From: Thermoleophilia bacterium
GTDB taxonomy: Bacteria; Actinomycetota; Thermoleophilia; UBA2241
DNA length: 64,000 nt
Assembly: GCA_040776965.1 (NCBI GenBank)
Contig: JAXGZO010000001.1
Location: forward strand, 1,062,275-1,126,274
Direction of reading: 5' to 3'
The notes beneath the pieces were generated by a model, which worked only from the letters and a program-made list of their open reading frames with translations, was not told where the DNA came from and did not search any database. Shown piece by piece: positions 40,019 to 49,813 of this stretch (positions within the stretch are counted from its first letter, which is position 1; every line of letters begins with the position of its first letter). The position numbers and the translations under genes are program-made.

Positions 40019-41778
40019 GGTGCGATCTTCATCCGCTGCAGCGAGTACTGCATGATCTTCTTGACGGCGGGGGCGGCGATGTCGCCACCGTAGATCGAGC
40101 TCCGCGGCTCGTCCACCATCACCATGACGACGAGCCGAGGGCGGGCGGCGGGCACCATCCCGACAAACGAGGCGACGTAATTGGTCTTGGAGTACCCCTT
40201 GCCGTTCGGCAACGGCTTCTCCGCGGTGCCGGTCTTCCCGGCGACGGCGTACCCAGGGATCTTTGCCTTCTCACCGGTCCCCTTGTCGACCGCCGTGGCC
40301 AGCATAGAGCGGATCTGCGAGGCGACCTTGGCCGAGATAACGCGTCGACCCGGCTTGGAGGAGCGCGCCTCCTTCCCGACCCGGGCGATCAACCGCGGCT
40401 CAACGTGCACGCCGTCGTTGGCGACGATGGAGAAGGCGACGGCCATCTGCAGTGGTGTCACGGCGATACCCTGCCCCATCGGGATGTTGGCGATCGAGGT
40501 TCCAGACCACTGCTCCGCAGGGGGCACGATGCCGGCGGCCTCACCCGGAAACTCAATGCCGGTGCGTTTGGCGAAGCCGAACTCATCCATCCAGTGCAGC
40601 ATGCTCTTCTTCCCCATCTTCATACCGATCTTCACCGAGCCGACGTTGCTGGACCACTGGAGGATCTCGCGCACCGAGTAGTTAACGACGCCGCGCTTGT
40701 GCGACTCGGTGATCGTGCGATCGTAGATCGTGAGCGTGGGGGCGAGCGTGTAGGTCGTCGTCGGCGTCACCACACCGTCTTGCAGCGCACCGGAGATCGT
40801 CACGAGCTTAAAGATGGAGCCCGGTTCGTAGATATCGGTAACGCAGCGGTTGCGGTTGGCCGCCTCACTGAGGCTGAAGTCGTGGTTCTTCACCTTCGGG
40901 ACGTTGGCCATGGCGAGCACCTCGCCGGTCTTTGGGTCCATGACGATCGCGGCGGCGGCCTTGGCGTGCGAGGTTCGCACCGTCGTGGAGAGTACATCCT
41001 CCGCAGCCAACTGAATACTCTCATCGATCGTTAACTGCACGTCGGAGCCGGGCACAGCCGGCGTCTGCCGTACGATCTTGAGGGCGTGACCAGCCGGATC
41101 CCGCACGACCTCCTCTTTGCCGGCCTTTCCGCAGAGCTCTTTGTCGAAGGTGAGCTCGAGCCCGGCCAGGCCGGTGTTCTCAACGCCGGCGAACCCGAGG
41201 ACCTGGGCGAGGGATCCCTTCATCGGGTAAAGGCGTTTTTCCTCCTCGTACGACCCGACTCCATCGATCTTGAGGGCGAGCGCCGCCTTGGCGAGCTCGG
41301 GGTCGGCCTTGCGGGCGACGTAAGCGAACCAGCTCTCGCGATCCGAAAGCCTCTTCGCCATGCTTTTGCGTTCCTTGGGGTCGCGAATATGGAGCGCATC
41401 GGCGAGCTTCTCCGCGGACTCCGCCGGGTTGTTGAGTTTGCAGGGCGCCGCGAAGACGGTCTGCGCCGACTTCCCCACGGCGAGCTCTTGACCGTAACGG
41501 TCGAGGATCGCCCCGCGATGCGCCGGAAGCGTGACGCTAATGACTTGCTGCTCACGCGCGAGCTTGGTGAGGTTCTTGGAGGAGACCGCCAACACGGCGG
41601 CTTTACCGCTCACCACAACGAGAAAGACGAGGACGATCGCGCGGAGGAGACGAAGACGGCCGTTAAACCCCGGCCCTCCACCGACCCCGCCCCCCCGTGC
41701 GATCTTACGGGAGAACGCGCGAAGGCCGCCGCCGCGTGTGCCCCCTTCGCGGCGTCGAGGCTGAGGTGCACGGGCCAT
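40015..41778 (-). CDS. ftsI: Penicillin-binding protein / peptidoglycan D,D-transpeptidase FtsI
   Basis: 587 aa with an N-terminal TM anchor, a PBP dimerisation domain and a transpeptidase domain. Motifs: SIFK (SxxK), SSN, and KTGT. Confidence 0.85.
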   Translation of the reverse strand: MARAPQPRRREGGTRGGGLRAFSRKIARGGGVGGGPGFNGRLRLLRAIVLVFLVVVSGKAAVLAVSSKNLTKLAREQQVISVTLPAHRGAILDRYGQELAVGKSAQTVFAAPCKLNNPAESAEKLADALHIRDPKERKSMAKRLSDRESWFAYVARKADPELAKAALALKIDGVGSYEEEKRLYPMKGSLAQVLGFAGVENTGLAGLELTFDKELCGKAGKEEVVRDPAGHALKIVRQTPAVPGSDVQLTIDESIQLAAEDVLSTTVRTSHAKAAAAIVMDPKTGEVLAMANVPKVKNHDFSLSEAANRNRCVTDIYEPGSIFKLVTISGALQDGVVTPTTTYTLAPTLTIYDRTITESHKRGVVNYSVREILQWSSNVGSVKIGMKMGKKSMLHWMDEFGFAKRTGIEFPGEAAGIVPPAEQWSGTSIANIPMGQGIAVTPLQMAVAFSIVANDGVHVEPRLIARVGKEARSSKPGRRVISAKVASQIRSMLATAVDKGTGEKAKIPGYAVAGKTGTAEKPLPNGKGYSKTNYVASFVGMVPAARPRLVVMVMVDEPRSSIYGGDIAAPAVKKIMQYSLQRMKIAP

Positions 41779-42242
41779 CAGGGCCTCGCGGCCAACTTCG
41801 CGAGCTCGATACCCTCCCTCACTTTGAGATACTGAAGGTGAGTCGGGTACTGCAAGCCGAGTTGGTGCGAGGCGATGCGCTGGATGCGCAGAGAGGAGCC
41901 GAGCTGCGCGAGGTTCTCATCGAGCCGCGCGTTTTCGGCGGTGAGGCGGCGCTCCTCGCGCACGATCTTGTCGGTCTGTAGCGTCTTCTCCGTGACGGCG
42001 ATACTGAGCTTGACGCGGCCGATGCCGAGCACCGCGAGACACACGGCGAAGAGGACGATGAGGCGCATGACCCTGAGTCGAAGCGAGGGATAACCGGCAC
42101 GACCAGACGACCGCCGAACGCCCGCTGCAGATGCGCGACCGCGCCCCCGCGGTACGGAGACACGCTCCACGGCGCGAGGCCGCGCCGGAGCGGCGGAACC
42201 CCGCGTCGACGCCGAGCGCCGAGCCTGTGCGGTAACAGCCAT
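41778..42242 (-). CDS. ftsL: Cell division protein FtsL-like (septum formation initiator); the start is uncertain
   Basis: A small protein with one TM helix (MRLIVLFAVCLAVLGIG) and a coiled coil, located between rsmH and ftsI. It may start at the internal M (42068). Confidence 0.55.
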   Translation of the reverse strand: MAVTAQARRSASTRGSAAPARPRAVERVSVPRGRGRASAAGVRRSSGRAGYPSLRLRVMRLIVLFAVCLAVLGIGRVKLSIAVTEKTLQTDKIVREERRLTAENARLDENLAQLGSSLRIQRIASHQLGLQYPTHLQYLKVREGIELAKLAARP

Positions 42243-42244
42243 GG

Positions 42245-43177
42245 TCAGCCCCCGAGCTTGATCGCAGCGCGAAGTTTGGCGGACGAACTCCGGGGGTTGA
42301 GCTCGACTTCATCCTGCCCCGGGGTGACGGGGCGCCGCGTAAGCACTCGCACCGTCGGCTCGTGACCACACGCGCATTGGGGCAGGCCGGGCGGGCACAC
42401 ACACCCCGCCGCGCGACCCCGGAAGAACTCTTTAACGATGCGGTCCTCGAGCGAGTGGAAGCTGATAGCGACGAGACGGCCGCCCGGGCGAAGCACTCGG
42501 TGCGCCTCCTCCAAGCCGTTGCTCAACGACTGCAGCTCGCCGTTGACGGCGATACGAAGCGCCTGAAAGACACGGCGCGCGGGGTTGCCGGCGCCGAAGC
42601 GGGCCGGCGTTGGGATGTTGCGCTTAATGATGTCGACGAGCTCGCACGTGGTCGCGAGGGGCTGACGAGCGCGCTCCCTCACGATTCCGCGCGCGATGCT
42701 GCGCGCGTAGCGCTCCTCGCCGTACTTTTTAAAGAGGCCGGCGAGCTCCTTCTCGGGGAGCGTATTCACAAGCTCTGCCGCGGTGACGGCGAGCTCGGGG
42801 TCCATGCGCATATCGAGCGGTGCGTCGTACGCGTACGAGAAGCCGCGCTCGCGGCGGTCGAGCTGCATAGAGGACACGCCGAGGTCCATGTACACGGCGT
42901 CCGCAGACGCATCGGGGAGCTCAGCAAGGACCTCGCTAAAGGTGCCACGGTACAACTCGCAGGCACACGGAGCGGCCTTCGCAACGGCGTAAAAGTACTC
43001 GTCGACGCTGGGGTCGCGGTCGATCGCGATGAGCCTACCGGAGGCGCCGAGTGCTGCGGCTACGACCTCGGCGTGGCCGCCCGCACCGAAGGTGCAGTCG
43101 ACAGCGACCTCGCCCTCGCGCGGACGGAGAGCCTCGAGGAGCTCGGGGAGGAGGACGGGGATGTGCGCAAGCGCCAT
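42245..43177 (-). CDS. rsmH: 16S rRNA (cytosine1402-N4)-methyltransferase RsmH/MraW
   Basis: Reads MALAHIPVLLPELLEALRP...VDCTFGAGGHA...; the start was set at MALAH. Confidence 0.85.
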   Translation of the reverse strand: MALAHIPVLLPELLEALRPREGEVAVDCTFGAGGHAEVVAAALGASGRLIAIDRDPSVDEYFYAVAKAAPCACELYRGTFSEVLAELPDASADAVYMDLGVSSMQLDRRERGFSYAYDAPLDMRMDPELAVTAAELVNTLPEKELAGLFKKYGEERYARSIARGIVRERARQPLATTCELVDIIKRNIPTPARFGAGNPARRVFQALRIAVNGELQSLSNGLEEAHRVLRPGGRLVAISFHSLEDRIVKEFFRGRAAGCVCPPGLPQCACGHEPTVRVLTRRPVTPGQDEVELNPRSSSAKLRAAIKLGG

Positions 43178-43184
43178 CTCATCC

Positions 43185-43628
43185 TCACGAAAATACGAGC
43201 TCTTTAGCGGGAGCATCGGTATTCCCCTCCAGTCGCGATTCGTACTCAGCCCAAGCGCTGCGATCCCAGATCTCGAGGTGGTCGACGGCGCCGACCACGA
43301 CGACGTCGCGACTGATACCCGCGTAGTCGAGATGTTGCGCGGAGATCGTGACGCGCCCCTGGCGGTCGAGCTCTTGATGAAAGACCGCACCGGAGGCCAG
43401 GAACCTCTTGATATCGCGACGTTCGATTGAGCCGGGCGCGGTGGCATCCATCTCCTCCTGCAGGCGACGCTCAAACCCATCCGGCGTGTAGGCGCCGATG
43501 CAACGCTCCCGCTCCTTGAGGAGGTAAACGCCCTCCGCGAAGCGCGGACGCTTGCATGCGGGGATCACGACGCGATTCTTCGCGTCGAGGGTGAACTCGT
43601 GCTTCCCCACCAAGAGCGGTAACTGCAT
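43185..43628 (-). CDS. mraZ: Transcriptional regulator MraZ
   Basis: Reads MQLPLLVGKHEFTLDAKNRVVIPA...; duplicated MraZ half-domains. It is the first gene of the dcw cluster. Confidence 0.85.
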   Translation of the reverse strand: MQLPLLVGKHEFTLDAKNRVVIPACKRPRFAEGVYLLKERERCIGAYTPDGFERRLQEEMDATAPGSIERRDIKRFLASGAVFHQELDRQGRVTISAQHLDYAGISRDVVVVGAVDHLEIWDRSAWAEYESRLEGNTDAPAKELVFS

Positions 43629-43651
43629 GGCGCAACTGTACCCCATAATTC

Positions 43652-43698
43652 CCCACCATGCAATACTTTGGCACCACTTTAATGTCATTTTCACCCAC
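43652..43698 (-). promoter_or_regulatory. Putative MraZ operator: three direct GTGG[G/T] repeats at 21-bp spacing upstream of mraZ
   Basis: On the minus strand, GTGGG (43698-43694), GTGGT (43677-43673) and GTGGG (43656-43652) sit 24-70 bp upstream of the mraZ ATG. MraZ proteins are known to bind direct GTGGG-type repeats in their own promoter. Confidence 0.4.
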
Positions 43699-43860
43699 TA
43701 CAAGACACCAGGCCTCCCCTCTCTCCACGCAGCGCGACGCGGCTCACCGCCCGAGCGGATCGTCCGAAAGAGCGAAGGCGGGGTGAGTTGAGTGAGGAGA
43801 GAAAGACGAGCGGGAGAGCGAGTAACGCGGAGAAAGGGGTGAAGGAGGAGCGGGAGCGCC

Positions 43861-44607
43861 CTACTTTCGGGGCACGAGGATCTTTTGACCGACCACCAAG
43901 GCGGACTCCCTCACCTTAGGGTTGAGCGACCGGATCGTCTCGACGTCGACGTGCAGACGGGCGGCGATGCCCGAAAACGTGTCGCCGCTCTTGACTACAT
44001 ACGTCTTCGTCGCGACGCTCCGCTGCGCGACGGGTGCGGGCGGAGCGGCCGCACGACCCCCTCCAAAAACCCCGGACTCGACGGCGAGGGCGAACACCGC
44101 GATAACGGCGATGAGAAAGACGACCGGGGCGGCGACGCGCCCGATGCGACGTGAACCTTGAGAGACACCCGCCCCGGCTCCGCGCGGGCGGGCGGCGACG
44201 CGCGAGCCTCGCCCACGCGAGGGCTCACCCCGACGGAGGCGAAACGCCGAGGCGGCGGAACGCCCCTGTGGCGCCGCCTCGCCCCGCTGCGGAGATGAGG
44301 CGGAGGCGGATGCCCTCCGTTCGCTCCGCCTCACAGCCCTCGCCGGCGCCTCGCCCCTCGTGCGGGAGGCGGGTGCGGAGGAGCTCCGCTCGCCGCCCCC
44401 TGAGGAAGAAGCCTGAGAGTACAGCGACTGCAGGCGGGTGGCGACGGCGGTGAGCTCGTCGTCTGGGTCGGCGGTGAGATGCGTGGCCTCATCGCCGGAC
44501 GCAGCGTCGAACGCCTCGGGGGAGCCGTGAAGAGAGGGAATGTGACGCGTGCGATAGTCAGAGGCGTCGTCCGGCGAAGCGCCCATCTGCCGCGTTTGCT
44601 CGGTCAT
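43861..44607 (-). CDS. LysM-domain peptidoglycan-binding protein with a long disordered region; the start is uncertain
   Basis: A C-terminal LysM motif YVVKSGDTFSGIAARLHVDVETIRSLNP...GQKILVP. The start was set at MTEQTRQ (ATGA overlap with the pyrF stop). Confidence 0.55.
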   Translation of the reverse strand: MTEQTRQMGASPDDASDYRTRHIPSLHGSPEAFDAASGDEATHLTADPDDELTAVATRLQSLYSQASSSGGGERSSSAPASRTRGEAPARAVRRSERRASASASSPQRGEAAPQGRSAASAFRLRRGEPSRGRGSRVAARPRGAGAGVSQGSRRIGRVAAPVVFLIAVIAVFALAVESGVFGGGRAAAPPAPVAQRSVATKTYVVKSGDTFSGIAARLHVDVETIRSLNPKVRESALVVGQKILVPRK

Positions 44608-45518
44608 AGCGCGAAGGAGAGCTCCGCGCGCATAGAGGCGGCGGCGCGCTCGGCCGCTCGGCGGTAGTCGCCGCCGTCTTGCTGCCACGCGTAGAGGATA
44701 GAGCGCGAGGCGTTGACGACGAACCCGGCGGCCTCGCCGGCGGCGATGCCCCGCAGGGCGCTTGCGCCCGCCCCCTGCGCGCCGTAGCCCGGCACGAGGA
44801 GGAAGGCGTTGGGGAGCGCCTCGCGCACAAGCCGCAACGACTCCGGCGCGGTGGCGCCGGCGACCGCGCCAACGTCGCTATACCCAGCCTCACCGACCTC
44901 ACGCGCGCCCAGCTCAGCGACGAGCTCGGCGACCCGGAGGTAGAGCGGCCGACCGCAGACCTCCTGCTCCTGCAGGAGCGCTGCGCCGGCGTTGCTCGTG
45001 CGGGTGAGCACGAAGACGCCCTTGCCGCTACGGCAGTGGGCGACGACCGGCTCGAGTGAGTCGGCGCCGAGATACGGGCTGGCCGTGACGGCGTCGACGC
45101 CGAGCCCCTCCGAGGGGGCCACGAGGCCGGGTGCGCCCCCGAAGGCGGCGCGGGCGTACGCGGCACCGGTGGAGGCTATATCGCCGCGCTTAACGTCGAG
45201 GATAACGGGAAGATCGCGCTCGCGGGCGTAGCGAGCGACGGCGCCGAGCGCGCGCCAGCCCGGCGCGCCGTACTGCTCGAAGAACGCGGCCTGGGGCTTA
45301 ACGCACGCCGCGTGCTCCGCCACTGCATCGATGATGCCGCAGCAGAACTCCTCGAAACACGCCGCGACGGCCTCATCGTCGCCGAGCTCGGAGACCCGCT
45401 CGCGGTATGCGTCGAGGAGCGCCGTGGGCAGGCGCTCGAGCATGGGGTCGAGCCCCACGCAGACGACACTGCGCCGCCCGCGAATGGCCGCCGCTAACTT
45501 ATCGGAGAACCGTTGCAT
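44604..45518 (-). CDS. pyrF: Orotidine 5'-phosphate decarboxylase (type 2)
   Basis: Reads MQRFSDKLAAAIRGRRSVVCVGLDP... followed by a DVKRGDI-like motif (ILDVKRGDIASTG). Confidence 0.8.
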   Translation of the reverse strand: MQRFSDKLAAAIRGRRSVVCVGLDPMLERLPTALLDAYRERVSELGDDEAVAACFEEFCCGIIDAVAEHAACVKPQAAFFEQYGAPGWRALGAVARYARERDLPVILDVKRGDIASTGAAYARAAFGGAPGLVAPSEGLGVDAVTASPYLGADSLEPVVAHCRSGKGVFVLTRTSNAGAALLQEQEVCGRPLYLRVAELVAELGAREVGEAGYSDVGAVAGATAPESLRLVREALPNAFLLVPGYGAQGAGASALRGIAAGEAAGFVVNASRSILYAWQQDGGDYRRAAERAAASMRAELSFAL

Positions 45519-45655
45519 ATACCCTCCGCTGAAGACACAGGTAGTATATACCGCAGGGACGGGGCGCCGATGCTGCTCACCACGGCACCGGCGCGTTCTG
45601 CCCACGGGGCGATGTCAGGTACACTTTCGCCATCGAGCACGGAGGATACACACGA

Positions 45656-46498
45656 ATGCACGCAGAGCACCTCGCCGAGGGCGGCGAACCGACGGCACTT
45701 GCCGCCTGCCTCGCCGCTTTTTCCAAGGCGCCCCATAAAGCAGCCCTTCTCTGCGATATCGACGGCACCATCTCCCCCATAGCGCCACACCCGGCAGATG
45801 CCATTGTGCCGGAGTCGTTCGTCTCACTCCTCGAGGCCCTCACGAAGCACCTGGGCCTGGTCGCGTTTCTCACCGGCCGCTCCCTCGAAGACGGCCGCCG
45901 CATGATCCCCCTGGAGGGCGCGGTGTACGTGGGCACCCACGGGCTCGAGACGATGGGCCGCGACGGCGTGCTCCACACCGACCCCGGCGCGGAGCCCTAC
46001 ATCGAGCAAATTAAAGAGGTGGCCGAGGAGGCCGCCCAGGCCCTCGACTGCGAGGCGCTCGGCGTGGTCCTCGAGGAGAAGCGCACGGCCCTCGCCGTCC
46101 ACTACCGGCTCGCGCCGAACAAAGAGGCCACCCGAGAGGAGATCGTGGAGCGGGTGGTAAAGCCCGCGCGCGCCCGCGGCCTCGCGATCAGCACCGGCCA
46201 CTTCGCCTTCGAGATCAAACCACCGCTGCAAACCTCCAAGGGCACGGCCGCCCTCAGCCTGCTCGGCGAGCATGGGTCCAACGCCGCGCTCTTCTGTGGC
46301 GACGACCTCACCGACATCACCGGGTTCCTCGCCGTGCGCCGGTGGGCCGCCGTAGACCCAGATCGCACGGGCTGCGCCCTCGCCGCCATCACCGGCGAGA
46401 CCCCGCAGGAGGTCATCGACGAGGCGGATGTGCTCGTGCACGCCACGCCTGGCGTCCACGAGGCGCTCTCCCTCGTGCTCGCCGCCGTGCGCGCCTGA
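45656..46498 (+). CDS. otsB: Trehalose-6-phosphate phosphatase-like HAD-IIB hydrolase
   Basis: Reads ALLCDIDGTISPIAP...FLTGRS...GTHGLE...CGDDLTDI, the HAD motifs typical of OtsB. Confidence 0.65.
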   Translation: MHAEHLAEGGEPTALAACLAAFSKAPHKAALLCDIDGTISPIAPHPADAIVPESFVSLLEALTKHLGLVAFLTGRSLEDGRRMIPLEGAVYVGTHGLETMGRDGVLHTDPGAEPYIEQIKEVAEEAAQALDCEALGVVLEEKRTALAVHYRLAPNKEATREEIVERVVKPARARGLAISTGHFAFEIKPPLQTSKGTAALSLLGEHGSNAALFCGDDLTDITGFLAVRRWAAVDPDRTGCALAAITGETPQEVIDEADVLVHATPGVHEALSLVLAAVRA

Positions 46499-46502
46499 GC
46501 AG

Positions 46503-48782
46503 CTAGCCCCGCAGCTTACGGAGCGGGGCCACGCTCGCCATAAGGCGTCGCTCCGAGCCGTCGCCCTCGAACTTAACGAGGATCACGCCGCCGCCCTGAA
46601 GGGCGACCACCGTACCCTCTCCGAGGGTGGCGTGGAGCACCCGCTCACCCGCGGCGAAGTACTGCTCCACAACCTCGGCGTCGAGATCGCGCCCCTTGCG
46701 GGGGCCGATGCTGCCGCCGCCGACGTCGATGCGCCCATCGGAGGTGCGGCGCACGGAGCGGCCGCCACCGAGGCTTGAGCTGCCACCGTACACGGTGCCG
46801 CCCTCTGCATCGGCCTGTGGCCGACCGCCGCCGATGGACCGCCGCTCGCAGTAGCGCTCGGGGATCTCCTCGATAAACCGCGAGGGCATGTTGTACTGCG
46901 CGCCACCCCAGAGCGTACGGGCGTGCGCGTGCACGAGGTACAGCACGTCCATGGCGCGCGTAATGCCGACGTACGCCAACCGGCGCTCCTCCTCGATATT
47001 CTGCTCGTCGAGGGCACGCTGATGCGGAAAGATGCCCTCCTCCATGCCCGTTAAAAAGACGACGGGGAACTCGAGCCCCTTGGCGTTGTGCAGCGTCATC
47101 ATGGTGATCAGCGACGAAGCATCCACGAGCGCGTCGCTGTCGCTGTAGAGGCTGATCTCCTGCAGAAAACCGTCGAGGCTCGGCTCCTCGGCGCGCTTGT
47201 CGTACTCGGCGGCGACGCCGACGAGCTCCTCGAGGTTCTCGAGCCGGCCCTCGGCCTCGAGCGTACCCTGCGCCTGCAGCGCCGCCTCGTACCCGCTCTC
47301 CTCGAGGACGCTGCGCACCACCTCGGCCACCGGGCGACCGTCGAGGTCGGCCTGCAGCCCCTCGATGAGCCGCACGAAGCCGAGCACCCCGCCGAGCGCC
47401 GCGCGGGGGAGCCCCGGCACGGTCTCCGCGTCGCGCATCGCCGCCCAGAGGCTCACGCCGACGGCGTCGGCGTGCAGCTGCACGCGCTGGAGGCTGGTGG
47501 CCCCGATGCCGCGACGCGGCAGGTTGACGATGCGCAGGAGCCGCTGAGCGTCGTCTGGGTTAACGAGCACGGTGAGGTACGCGATCAGGTCGCGCACCTC
47601 GGCGCGCTCGTAGAACTTCGGCCCGCCGATAACCCGGTAGGCTATGGCGTAGCGGCCGAACTGCTCCTCGAGCGCTCGGCTCTGCGCGTTGGTGCGGTAG
47701 AGCACGGCGATCTCGTCGGGGCGGTAGGGCCTGGCGGCACCCGCCTCCCCCTCGAGAAGCTTCTGCACCTCGCTCGCCACGAACTGCGCCTCGGCGCGCT
47801 CATCGGCCACCTCGACGACCTGCAGCGGGGAGCCCTCACCTCGCGGCGTCCAGAGGTTTTTGCCCTTGCGCCGGCGGTTGTTGACCACCACGGCGTTGGC
47901 GGCGTCGAGGATAGACTGCGTAGAGCGGTAGTTCTGCTCGAGACGGATAACCTTGGCGTCGGGGTAGTCGCGCTCGAACTCGAGAATGTTGCGAATGTCG
48001 GCGCCGCGCCAGGAGTAGATACTCTGGTCGTCGTCGCCCACGACGGCGAGGTTGCGGGAGCCGCCGGCGAGCAGGTTGGCCAGCCGGTACTGGGCGTGAT
48101 TCGTATCTTGATACTCGTCGACGAGCACGAAGCGAAACGCCCGTTGGTAGTGCGCGAGGCGCTCCGGCGAGGACTCCAGGAGCTGCACCACCTTCATGAT
48201 GAGGTCGTCGAAGTCGAGGGCGTTCATCTTGAGGTGGCGCTTCTCGTAGAGCTGGTACACGTCGGCGGTCGCCTGCGTAAAGTGCCCGCCGATGCGCTCG
48301 CGGTACTCGGCCGGGCCGACGAGCTGGTTTTTGGCGTCGCTGATCTGCCGCGCCAGCACCTCGGGCGTAAAGCGTTTTGGGTCGAGGTTGAGCTCCTCGA
48401 GGCACCGCTTGATGAGCCTGCGGCGGTCGTCCTCCGCGTGGATCGTGAAGCTGCTCTTGTACCCGATGCGCTCGGCCTCTCGCCGCAGGAGCCGGGCGCA
48501 CATACTGTGAAAGGTGCTGATCCACATACGGCGAGCGACCGGCCCCACGAGGCCCTCGATGCGCTCCCTCATCTCCCCAGCGGCCTTGTTGGTAAAGGTA
48601 ATGGCGACGACCTCATCGGGGCGAACGCGGTGCTCCTGCAAAAGGTAGGCCACGCGGTGGGTGAGCACCCGCGTCTTGCCGGAGCCCGCCCCGGCGAGGA
48701 TAAGCAGCGGGCCCTCGAAGTGCATCACCGCCTCGCGCTGCGGCTCGTTGAGGCCCGCGAGCAGCTCGTGCTCTTGCGTCAT
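46503..48782 (-). CDS. pcrA: ATP-dependent DNA helicase PcrA/UvrD
   Basis: 759 aa reading LNEPQREAVMHFEGPLLILAGAGSGKTRVLTHRVAYLL...VDEYQDTN...; the full set of SF1 motifs. Confidence 0.9.
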   Translation of the reverse strand: MTQEHELLAGLNEPQREAVMHFEGPLLILAGAGSGKTRVLTHRVAYLLQEHRVRPDEVVAITFTNKAAGEMRERIEGLVGPVARRMWISTFHSMCARLLRREAERIGYKSSFTIHAEDDRRRLIKRCLEELNLDPKRFTPEVLARQISDAKNQLVGPAEYRERIGGHFTQATADVYQLYEKRHLKMNALDFDDLIMKVVQLLESSPERLAHYQRAFRFVLVDEYQDTNHAQYRLANLLAGGSRNLAVVGDDDQSIYSWRGADIRNILEFERDYPDAKVIRLEQNYRSTQSILDAANAVVVNNRRRKGKNLWTPRGEGSPLQVVEVADERAEAQFVASEVQKLLEGEAGAARPYRPDEIAVLYRTNAQSRALEEQFGRYAIAYRVIGGPKFYERAEVRDLIAYLTVLVNPDDAQRLLRIVNLPRRGIGATSLQRVQLHADAVGVSLWAAMRDAETVPGLPRAALGGVLGFVRLIEGLQADLDGRPVAEVVRSVLEESGYEAALQAQGTLEAEGRLENLEELVGVAAEYDKRAEEPSLDGFLQEISLYSDSDALVDASSLITMMTLHNAKGLEFPVVFLTGMEEGIFPHQRALDEQNIEEERRLAYVGITRAMDVLYLVHAHARTLWGGAQYNMPSRFIEEIPERYCERRSIGGGRPQADAEGGTVYGGSSSLGGGRSVRRTSDGRIDVGGGSIGPRKGRDLDAEVVEQYFAAGERVLHATLGEGTVVALQGGGVILVKFEGDGSERRLMASVAPLRKLRG

Positions 48783-49402
48783 CCGATGCCTCCCCCGAGG
48801 AGAAAGCTGATCACGAGCGCGATAAAGCCGGCGCCCACGAGCCGCAGACCCGAGAGCCAGAGCCGCTCCCGCGACACCGCGCCCAAAAACGCCCCGAGGA
48901 AGAAGAGCTCGACGAGGCCGATGAGGACGGCAACGTAGTACGCGCCGTGCATGGTGAGCACCGCGGTGAACGCGAAGGGGATCATGAGGATGAGCGCCGC
49001 CCCGAACGGCGAGGCGCCGTCCACGAGCGCGATGACGACCGTGGCGTACCGAGAGGCCGAGGAGATGTCGGTGTTGTCGAGGCTGGAGAGCGTGGACTCC
49101 TCCAGCTCACGCATGGCGCGACCGCGCTCCGCCCGCTCCACGAGGTAGGAGCCGTAGAAGCCGGAGACGCCCATGCTGACCGCCGTGGCGAGCACGAGGG
49201 TGAAGATGGCGCGGGGGCTGTTGACGCCGCTGATGTACCCACCGACGAGCACGCCGAGCGCCGTGAGGACGCCGTCGAAGGCGTTCATGGCGAAGTAGCG
49301 CCTCGCGATCTCGCCGACCTCGGCGATCTCGTGGTAGTGGCGCAACACGGCGATGCGTCCGAGCACCCGGTCGCGAACGTTCCGTTTCGCCGAACCGCTC
49401 AC
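48779..49402 (-). CDS. VIT1/CCC1-family membrane protein
   Basis: 207 aa with about 5 TM helices; the N-terminus reads ...RYFAMNAFDGVLTALGVLVGGY. Confidence 0.5.
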   Translation of the reverse strand: MSGSAKRNVRDRVLGRIAVLRHYHEIAEVGEIARRYFAMNAFDGVLTALGVLVGGYISGVNSPRAIFTLVLATAVSMGVSGFYGSYLVERAERGRAMRELEESTLSSLDNTDISSASRYATVVIALVDGASPFGAALILMIPFAFTAVLTMHGAYYVAVLIGLVELFFLGAFLGAVSRERLWLSGLRLVGAGFIALVISFLLGGGIG

Positions 49403-49430
49403 GAATGACTACCGCCTGATCGGGGGCTGC

Positions 49431-49739
49431 TCAGCGCAGCCAGCTGGCGCCGGCATCTTGAGGTGTCTCGACCTCGTCGATGAGCCGCTTGCCGGTAGAG
49501 CACTTGTCGATGGAGTGAATGCTCGCACCCGACTCCTGAACGACCTCCGAGACATCCTGAAAGATGATGTCGTCGCCCTCGAGCGTGATCTTGATGTTCT
49601 CGACCTTGTTGTCGATCTCGATCAACGTGATGTCGACGCCGTGGACGCCCTCCAGATCGCCGAGCTTATCGGCGAGGGTGAGCATCGTGGGCTGGTGTGG
49701 TTTGAGGACGTCGAGCACGAGTCTTCTGACCTCGCTCAT
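49431..49739 (-). CDS. DUF211-family small protein
   Basis: 102 aa reading MSEVRRLVLDVLKPHQPTMLTLADKLGDLEGVHGVDITLIEIDNKVENIKITLEGDDI.... Confidence 0.55.
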   Translation of the reverse strand: MSEVRRLVLDVLKPHQPTMLTLADKLGDLEGVHGVDITLIEIDNKVENIKITLEGDDIIFQDVSEVVQESGASIHSIDKCSTGKRLIDEVETPQDAGASWLR

Positions 49740-49813
49740 CTGGCGGTCACGCTCCGTTCACAGGTCGATTCACCGGGGCATTCATCGTAGCACACCGCGC
49801 GCGAATCGCTCTC

